Shown here piece by piece: positions 57,943 through 64,000 of a stretch of DNA of 64,000 nucleotides. The stretch spans positions 111,808 through 175,807 of the forward strand of contig CAVVGB010000005.1 in assembly GCA_963747715.1 (NCBI GenBank), given 5' to 3'. The position numbers were made by a program, and so were the translations under genes. The stretch is from an uncultured Actinomycetes bacterium. Lineage in GTDB: Bacteria > Actinomycetota > Thermoleophilia > Gaiellales > Gaiellaceae. The notes beneath the pieces are model-generated. The model saw nothing but the letters and a program-made list of their open reading frames with translations, was not told the origin of the DNA and made no database searches. Numbering within the stretch: the stretch's first letter is position 1; every line of letters begins with the position of its first letter.

Positions 57943-58582
57943 CAGGCCTTGCTCCCTCGGAGCGCGATGCGCTCGATCTCGATGCGGTCGTCCTCGATCC
58001 GGTCGGCCAAGAGCGAGCGCACGCGGGCGGCATCGGCGCCGACGCAGCCGGTGCGCTCGAGCCACGTGGGGACGTGGAGTGTTCTCGTGGGCCGGCGCAC
58101 CTCGGCGACGTCCAGGCCGGCATCCGAGAAGAGCTCTCGCCACTCGTCCTCGCCGAGCTTGCGCACGTGCGAGGGATCGCGAATGCGGTCGGCCGCCTCC
58201 CACGCCTCGCCCGCGTAGACGTTGTCGACGACGAGGACGCGATCGGCGGCGACGCGCGCCATCTCGCGCACAGCCGCAACGACGTCGACGAAGTGATGAG
58301 CGCCGAGCCGGGAGGCTACGACGTCGAAGCTCGCATCGGCAAACGGCAAGTCCTCGGCACGGCAAACGACATCCGGGGCCATCCCGGGCGCCGCGTCGCA
58401 GCGCAACGACCTCGAGCCCCGCCTCGCGCAGGCGACGCGCAACGTGACCCGCCGCCCGTCGCGACGTCGAGCGCAGTGCGGGCGCCCCCGGCCCATTCGA
58501 CGAGCAGATCGAGATCGGGCCCCTCACGGTGCTCGTCGCTCGCGCGGTAGGCCTCGGCGCGTTCGCTCCAAACGTCGGTCAT
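57942..58582 (-). pseudogene. class I SAM-dependent methyltransferase (type 11) lying between sucC and sucD, two frameshifts
   Basis: The gene passes through three frames: [20 protein letters not shown] (ORF 58316..58711), then [14 protein letters not shown] (frame of 57061..58527), then [19 protein letters not shown].. (ORF 57942..58496). Junctions lie near 58446 and 58413. Its ATG overlaps the sucC stop (ATGA) and its stop overlaps the sucD ATG (TGATG). Confidence 0.75.
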
Positions 58583-59729
58583 CTCGCGCCCGCCAGCTCG
58601 ACGACGCGCTCGGCCGCCGAGAGCATCGTCTCCTCGACGTGGAGGTTGGGAGGCGCCGCGTCGGTGAGCATCGCCGCGACCCTCCTCGGCGTTGGTGCCG
58701 TCGAGGCGCACGACGATCGGGAGCGTCGATCGTCATCCGTTCGAGCGCCGTGAGGATGCCCCGTGCGACCTCGTCGCCGCGGGTGATGCCGCCGAAGATG
58801 TTGAAGAGGATGCCGCGCACGTCCGCATCGGACGTGATGACCTCGAGCGCGGCCACGACTCCCTCCGCGTCACCGCCGCCGCCGAGGTCGCAGAAGTTCG
58901 CGGGCCGCCCGCCCACCTGGTCGATGACGTCGAGGGTCGACATGACGAGGCCGGCGCCGTTTCCGAGGATGCCGATGTCACCGTCCAGCTTCACGTACGT
59001 GACGTCCTTCTCACGCGCCAAGCGCTCTCGCGGGTCGGCGGCTTCGGGGTCGCGCATCTCGGCAATGTCGGGGTGCCGGAAAAGCGCGTTGTCGTCCACG
59101 CTGAACTTCGAGTCGAGCGCCTTCACCTCCCCGGACGACGTGACGATCAAGGGGTTGACCTCGCAGAGCATCGCGTCGGCCCCGACGAACGCGTCGTAGA
59201 GCTTCTGGATGAGCCCGATGACCTGCTTCTGCTCGTCGGGGTCGTCGACGCCCGCCGTAAAGCAGAGCCAGCGCGCCTGGTAGGGCTGAAAGCCGACCAG
59301 CGGGTCGACGTGCAGGCGTGCGAGCGCCTCGGGAGAGCGCTCGGCGACCTCCTCGATGTCGACGCCGCCCTCGGTCGTCAGCATGAAGAGCGGCTTCTTC
59401 TCGCCCCGGTCGAAGGTGAGCGAGAGGTAGTACTCCTTGGCGATGTCCGAGGCCGCCTCGATCCACACTTTGCGAACGACGTGGCCGCGGATGTCCATGC
59501 CGAGGATCTCCGACGCATGGGCGTGCGCCTCGTCGGGAGAATTGGCGAGCTTGATGCCGCCGGCCTTCCCGCGCCCGCCGGTCAGCACCTGCGCCTTGAC
59601 GACGACCTGGCCGCCGAGCTCCGCGGCGGCCGCACGCGCGTCCTCCGGCGTTGTCGCAAGCCGTCCCTCCGAGACCGGGATGCCGAAGCGCGCGAACAGC
59701 TCTTTCCCCTGGTACTCGTAGAGGTCCAC
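58579..59729 (-). pseudogene. sucC: ADP-forming succinate--CoA ligase subunit beta, two frameshifts near the 3' end
   Basis: GTG at 59729 gives (M)DLYEYQGKELF. The body is in ORF 58524..59843 up to ..ALERMTIDAP. Next comes IVVRLDGTNAEEGR in the frame of 58316..58711, then AMLTDAAPPNLHVEETMLSAAERVVELAGAR-stop in the third frame. Junctions lie near 58718 and 58677, and the length is 3n+2. Confidence 0.9.
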
Positions 59730-59796
59730 CGGCGCGGGCGAGTCTATCCGCAACGCTGTAGCCTTCCGGCCCCACTCACGACACCGGGAGGAACCG

Positions 59797-59958
59797 ATGA
59801 CCAGCTTGAGGGACGAGGACATCCAGAGCGGGCGCGCAGCCACACAGGTGCGCAGCGAAATGCCCGGTGACCAGGACCAGGACGATCAGGACTCGGACTC
59901 CGACGACTCGGACGCCGACTCGAGCGACGCGGATACCGACACCACAGACCCGAGCTAG
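59797..59958 (+). CDS. 53-aa acidic ORF (Asp/Ser/Thr-rich); either a separate peptide or the true N-terminus of the JmjC gene
   Basis: GGGAGGA lies 4 nt before the ATG. GC3 is about 26 of 29 over the repeat, against about 21 of 30 for the overlapping basic frame. Confidence 0.4.
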   Translation: MTSLRDEDIQSGRAATQVRSEMPGDQDQDDQDSDSDDSDADSSDADTDTTDPS

Positions 59959-61180
59959 CACCACCGCGGAGCGCGCCCTCGCGCGCTGCATCGAGCCGGT
60001 CTCGGCGGAAGAGTTCTTCGCCGAGCACTGGGAGCGGAAGCCGCTTGTCGTCGCGCGCGACGAGGGCGGGCGCTTCGACGACCTTCTTTCGCTCGCTGAG
60101 GTCGAGCGCCTCATCTGCTCGAGCGGCATCCGCTACCCGTCGATTCGCCTGGTCAAGGCGGGCGCCACGATCTCGCGGCGCGACTACACCGCCGATCTTC
60201 CCTGGCGACCGGACCCGCTAACCGGGACGGCCGATGTGCGCCGCGTGCTCGCCGAGTTCGACGCGGGCGCAACCGTGGTGCTCCAGGCGCTCCACCACAC
60301 GTGGGAGCCGCTCGCGCGCTTCTGCCGTTCGCTCGAGCTGCTCCTCGACCACGCCGTCCAAACGAACGCGTACTTCACGCCGCGCGATTCGCAGGGCCTC
60401 GCCGTTCACCACGACACGCACGACGTCTTCGTCCTGCAGGTGCACGGCGAGAAGCGTTGGCTCGTGTACGAGCCCGCCTGGCCGCTGCCGCTCAAGAATC
60501 AGCGCTACCGCAAGGAGCTCGGCAGGCCGGGCGAGGCCGTCCACGACGTCGTGCTTCGCCCCGGCGACACGCTCTACATGCCGCGGGGCTGGCTGCACAT
60601 GGCCACGACGTCGCAAACCGATTCGCTGCACCTCACGGTCGGCGTCAACGTCTACAGCTGGCTCGACGCCCTCAAGGCCGCGCTCGAGGAGTGCGGCGAC
60701 GACGTCGACTTCCGCCGCGAGGCGAGGCCGGACAGCGACCTCCAGGAGGAGCTCGTGGCACGCCTGCTCGAGCGGCTCGAACCGGACGAGGTCACCCGGC
60801 GAAGGCGCAAGCGCTTCGTCAAGAGCCGCCGCCCGGTCCTCGCGGGCCAGCTGTCACAGCTGCGCGCGCTCGACAGCCTCACGGAGGACACGCTCCTCGA
60901 GCGACGCGACACCGTCGTCGCCGACATGGCCGTCGTCGGTGACACGGTCAAGCTCTTCTTCGACGGCCACCACCTCGAGCTTCCGGCCGACCTCGAGCGC
61001 GACGTCGAGTTCATGGTCGAGACAGACGAGCCGTTTCGCCCGTCCGACCTTCCCGGTCAGCTCGACGAGGAGAGCCGCCTGGTTCTCATCCGCCGTCTCG
61101 TCCGCGAGGGATTCCTGGAGGTCAGCGCGGACGAACGCGCTGGCCCGTCGCCACGAAGCGACGAGCGCGCTGCGGAGTAG
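59867..61180 (+). CDS. JmjC/cupin-4 family oxygenase (RoxA/YcfD-like)
   Basis: 437-aa ORF with HHDTHDVFVLQVHGEKRW and MPRGWLH. The conserved part starts at about ..ERALARCIEPV.., and no canonical start codon occurs after the GTG at 59867. Confidence 0.8.
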   Translation: MTRTRTIRTRTPTTRTPTRATRIPTPQTRASTTAERALARCIEPVSAEEFFAEHWERKPLVVARDEGGRFDDLLSLAEVERLICSSGIRYPSIRLVKAGATISRRDYTADLPWRPDPLTGTADVRRVLAEFDAGATVVLQALHHTWEPLARFCRSLELLLDHAVQTNAYFTPRDSQGLAVHHDTHDVFVLQVHGEKRWLVYEPAWPLPLKNQRYRKELGRPGEAVHDVVLRPGDTLYMPRGWLHMATTSQTDSLHLTVGVNVYSWLDALKAALEECGDDVDFRREARPDSDLQEELVARLLERLEPDEVTRRRRKRFVKSRRPVLAGQLSQLRALDSLTEDTLLERRDTVVADMAVVGDTVKLFFDGHHLELPADLERDVEFMVETDEPFRPSDLPGQLDEESRLVLIRRLVREGFLEVSADERAGPSPRSDERAAE

Positions 61181-62057
61181 CCGCGGAGCACGTCAAGAAG
61201 ACGGGCTCCTCCGACAGCTCGGCGACGACGTCGATCTCGTGGACGCCCTCGGCGCTCACGATGTCGACGGTCCAGCCACTCTCGGCCGCCCGCACGCCGC
61301 CGAGCGACACGTCGTCGATCCCCCGTAGCCCTGTCGTCTCGCGCACGAGCCGCTCGGCCGCCTGCACCGCAAACGTGTACGCCGACCGGCCCCGGTAGCG
61401 CTCGAGGTCGATCTCGCCGTCGAGGTACGAAGCGAGCAGCGGCGCGACGTCCTCGTCGCCGACGCGCCCGAAGTAGAGGCCCTCGGGGAGACAGACGACG
61501 TTGCCGGCAAATCGGTCGCCGCCCACGTGCGTTGCCTGCCACACCCAGGTCGGCTCCGTCTCCGCGCACATCCGCTCGTACAACTGATGTCCGTACTTCG
61601 CGCAGCAGCGGTCTCGCTTGCCGTGCGTGCAGACCAGGAACAGCGGGTGATCGAGGGGGACGCCGGGAACACCGGAGTCGCGCAGCGCCGAGACGAGGTC
61701 GAGCGAGAGGAGATCCTCGTGACGCTCGAACTCCACGCGGTAGAGGCGCTCCTCGCCCTGCCGCGAGGAGCCGAAGAAGAGCGTGCGGCGGGGATCCGGC
61801 CGGCGTTCCGGCTTCTTGACGAACAGCAGGCGTGAGTGCGGTAGGCGTGCGAGTTGGTCGCGCAGGTGAGCTTTCAGCTCGGCCGACAGCAGGCTGTCGC
61901 CGAGGACGTCGCGGCTCCAAAGGCCTCGGTACTCGACGAGGATCCAATGGTCGACCCGGCTCGCGGTCGCGGCGAGGGACTCGGTGCCGGCCGCGGAGAC
62001 GTCGGCGCAGAGCGCTCTGCGGTTGACGACTTTCGGGTCTTCGAGGGAGACCGCCAC
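61122..62057 (-). CDS. sucrase ferredoxin-like family protein
   Basis: 311 aa with LVCTHGKRDRCCAKYG and ..ATHVGGDRFAGNV.. Confidence 0.8.
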   Translation of the reverse strand: MAVSLEDPKVVNRRALCADVSAAGTESLAATASRVDHWILVEYRGLWSRDVLGDSLLSAELKAHLRDQLARLPHSRLLFVKKPERRPDPRRTLFFGSSRQGEERLYRVEFERHEDLLSLDLVSALRDSGVPGVPLDHPLFLVCTHGKRDRCCAKYGHQLYERMCAETEPTWVWQATHVGGDRFAGNVVCLPEGLYFGRVGDEDVAPLLASYLDGEIDLERYRGRSAYTFAVQAAERLVRETTGLRGIDDVSLGGVRAAESGWTVDIVSAEGVHEIDVVAELSEEPVFLTCSAATPQRARRFVATGQRVRPR

Positions 62058-62072
62058 GGCGTAAGGTTACCC

Positions 62073-63830
62073 TTACAAGTCTCCCTCCTGCGCCACCGTG
62101 CAGATGACCTGGCCGGTCTTTACGGGCTCGCCGGGAGCGACCGTGAGCCCCGTCACGCGACCGGCTCGGTGCGCGGTGATCTCGTTCTCCATCTTCATCG
62201 CCTCGACGACGCAGATCACCTGGCCCTCGCGCACCTCGTCGCCCTCGGAAACCTCGACGGCGAGCACGGTTCCCTGCATCGGGCTGACGACCGCTTCGCG
62301 CGCGGCGCCGTGCCCTGCTCCCCCGCCGGCGCGCTCTCGGCGGCGCCGCGCGAGCTCCGCGTGGGGCGGCTCGGGGCGCATGACCTTCACCTCGTAGCGG
62401 CGGCTGTCGAGCTCGACGTGGAGCACCTGCTCGCGCGCCGGACCGGCAGGCGCTCGTGCGGTCACCGCTTCTTCCGGTTCGGTGGACGCCGCGATCTCCT
62501 CCACGACGCCGCGACACGTCGTTCCGTTCGTGAAGCACGAGTGCGAGAGGAGGCGCCGGTGAAAGCCGATCAGCGTCGTCACCCCTCCGACCTCGAACTC
62601 GCCGAGCGCGCGGAGCATGCGCGCACGCGCGCGCTCGCGGTCCGTGTCCCACACGCACAGCTTCGCGATCAGGGGGTCGTAGAGCCTGACCACCTCGCTC
62701 CCTTCGGCGACGCCCGAGTCGACGCGAACGCCCGGGCCTGCAGGCTCGCGGTACGCCGTGATGATCCCGGGCGCGGGGAGAAAGCCGTTGGCCGGGTCTT
62801 CGGCGTTGATGCGGCATTCGATCGCGTGGCCCGCAAAGCGAACGTCCTCTTGCGTGAGCGAAAGAGGCTCGCCCGCCGCGATCAGAATCTGCTCGCGCAC
62901 GAGGTCGACGCCGGTCACGAGCTCGGTGACCGTGTGCTCGACCTGGATGCGCGTGTTCATCTCGAGGAAGTAGTAGGAGCCGTCCGGCGCGAGCAGCCCC
63001 TCGATCGTTCCCGCGCTGACGTAGCCGGCCGCGCGCGCTGCGTCGACTGCGATTGCGCCGATCCGCTCGCGCAGCTCCGGCGTGACCGCCGGGGACGGCG
63101 TCTCTTCGACCAGCTTCTGGTGGCGGCGTTGGATGGTGCAGTCGCGCTCGCCGAGATGGATGACTTTCCCGCCCGCGTCGGCGAGGACCTGCACTTCGAC
63201 GTGGCGCGGGTCCTCGATGAACTTCTCGACGTACACGGTCGAGTCGGCGAAGTACGCCTCGCCCTCCCGCTTGGCCGAGGCGAAGGCTCGTTCCGCCTCG
63301 GCCGCCGCCTCGACGACCTTGAGGCCCTTGCCGCCGCCGCCCGCCGACGCCTTGATCGCGACCGGCCAGCCGTACTCGTCCCCGAGGCGCACGACGTCGT
63401 CGGCGGACTCGACCGCCTCGGTCGTCCCCGGCACGATTGGCACCCCCGCCGCCTTCATGAGCTCGCGCGCCGCCACCTTGGACCCCATGAGCTCGATCGC
63501 CTCCGGCGGGGGGCCGATCCACACGAGCCCCGCCTCGCCGCACGCGCGCGCAAAGTCGGCGTTCTCGGCGAGGAAGCCGTAGCCGGGATGCACGGCCTCG
63601 GCGCCTGCGCGCCTCGCCGTCTCGACGATCCGCTCCTGGTTCAAGTAGCTCTCGGCCGGCGCGCCTGGCCCGAGCAGGTAGGCCTCGTCCGCGAGGGCGG
63701 CGTGCAGCGACCCGCGGTCGGCCTCGGAGTAGACGCCGACCGTGCCGATGCCGAGCTCGCGCAGGGTCCGAAAGACCCGGATGGCGATCTCCGCCCGGTT
63801 GGCCACGAGGACCTTCGTGAACGGCGGCAT
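62073..63830 (-). CDS. acetyl/propionyl-CoA carboxylase alpha subunit (biotin carboxylase plus BCCP)
   Basis: Intact 585 aa. Biotin carboxylase N-terminus KVLVANRAEIAIRV and biotinylation motif EAMKME. Confidence 0.95.
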   Translation of the reverse strand: MPPFTKVLVANRAEIAIRVFRTLRELGIGTVGVYSEADRGSLHAALADEAYLLGPGAPAESYLNQERIVETARRAGAEAVHPGYGFLAENADFARACGEAGLVWIGPPPEAIELMGSKVAARELMKAAGVPIVPGTTEAVESADDVVRLGDEYGWPVAIKASAGGGGKGLKVVEAAAEAERAFASAKREGEAYFADSTVYVEKFIEDPRHVEVQVLADAGGKVIHLGERDCTIQRRHQKLVEETPSPAVTPELRERIGAIAVDAARAAGYVSAGTIEGLLAPDGSYYFLEMNTRIQVEHTVTELVTGVDLVREQILIAAGEPLSLTQEDVRFAGHAIECRINAEDPANGFLPAPGIITAYREPAGPGVRVDSGVAEGSEVVRLYDPLIAKLCVWDTDRERARARMLRALGEFEVGGVTTLIGFHRRLLSHSCFTNGTTCRGVVEEIAASTEPEEAVTARAPAGPAREQVLHVELDSRRYEVKVMRPEPPHAELARRRRERAGGGAGHGAAREAVVSPMQGTVLAVEVSEGDEVREGQVICVVEAMKMENEITAHRAGRVTGLTVAPGEPVKTGQVICTVAQEGDL

Positions 63831-63853
63831 GGGCGGACGTATTCTGTCCCGCG

Positions 63854-64000
63854 GTGAAGTTCGCAGACCAGCTCACGGTCGCCCGCATCGCCGCGACGCC
63901 GGTCGTTCTCGTCCTCTTCGCGTGGGACTTCCCCAATCACGACTATTGGGCGACGGCCGTTTTCGCAGCCGCGATGGCAACCGACACGGTCGACGGCTGG
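63854..64000 (+). CDS. CDP-alcohol phosphatidyltransferase family protein (5' fragment; continues past window)
   Basis: GTG at 63854 gives (M)KFADQLTVARIAATPVV...ATDTVDGW, the start of the D..DG motif. Confidence 0.75.
   Translation, partial: MKFADQLTVARIAATPVVLVLFAWDFPNHDYWATAVFAAAMATDTVDGW

Noticed and set aside
22691-59975. Reading the roughly 15 frame disruptions as programmed recoding or genome-wide pseudogenisation.
   Set aside because: The junctions share no slippery motif or downstream structure. They hit essential genes (uppP, sucC, sdhA, hemA) whose residues are conserved on both sides. They also cluster locally. Sequence error is more parsimonious, and this is testable with reads.
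61057-63936. Very long ORF (959 aa) in the track, Arg/Gly/Pro/Ala-rich.
   Set aside because: It lies out of frame on the same strand as two well-supported genes (sucrase-ferredoxin-like and acyl-CoA carboxylase alpha). Its composition is typical of off-frame translation in high-GC DNA.
1-64000. Search by eye for CRISPR arrays, IS elements or transposase genes, rRNA, toxin-antitoxin pairs, and restriction or other defence systems.
   Set aside because: I found no regularly spaced short repeats, no transposase-like ORF with inverted repeats, no rRNA-like sequence and no recognisable defence gene. Reading 64 kb by eye cannot exclude small elements.

Overview
This is a 64-kb chromosomal segment of about 68% GC (hand estimate). 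Gene content and synteny (ffs-dnaX-ybaB-recR, ask-asd) suggest a high-GC Gram-positive-type bacterium, possibly Thermoleophilia- or Rubrobacteria-like Actinomycetota. That taxonomic call is inference only.

Layout:
- 0-6.5 kb: accessory DNA bracketed by two 61-nt fragments derived from tRNA-Ser(CGA). It holds a low-GC lipoprotein gene, small secreted proteins, a beta-propeller lipoprotein and a frameshifted LuxR/LAL regulator.
- 6.5-20 kb: miscellaneous redox, detoxification and transport genes (ALDH, two RibD_C-family reductases, an FNR-like reductase, GST, YciI, a YcaQ-like protein, an MFS pump, a ring-cleaving dioxygenase, an orphan ABC permease, UDG, a methyltransferase), then tRNA-Ser(GGA).
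- 20-28 kb: mostly extracytoplasmic proteins (TolB-like, a Tat-signal PLP enzyme, cytochrome c, UppP, a lysyl-oxidase-like protein, an MscS-like channel) plus an ATP-grasp protein.
- 28.4-33.2 kb: a tRNA-Val(CAC) locus with a decayed integrase element, an orphan PAS/GAF histidine kinase and a duplicated tRNA 5' half.
- 33.2-40 kb: large-type SRP RNA, dnaX, an extra cNMP-binding gene, ybaB, recR, ask and asd.
- 40.3-59.7 kb: a central-metabolism cluster holding a non-classical (type E-like) succinate dehydrogenase, pckA, hemL/hemA, two tandem Xer recombinases, citrate synthase, icd, mdh and sucCD.
- 59.8-64 kb: a JmjC/cupin protein, a sucrase-ferredoxin-like protein, an acyl-CoA carboxylase alpha subunit and the start of a CDP-alcohol phosphatidyltransferase.

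I found no rRNA, CRISPR array, IS element or recognisable defence system.

Main second-look items:
1. At least 15 single-base frame disruptions sit in conserved, partly essential genes. These are most likely sequence or assembly errors.
2. Three textbook gene pairs (sucC/sucD, sdhA/sdhB, dnaX/ybaB) are each interrupted by an extra ORF joined through overlapping stop and start codons.
3. tRNA-derived repeats mark old integration events.

All calls come from reading the ORF track and the sequence by eye. No database search was run.
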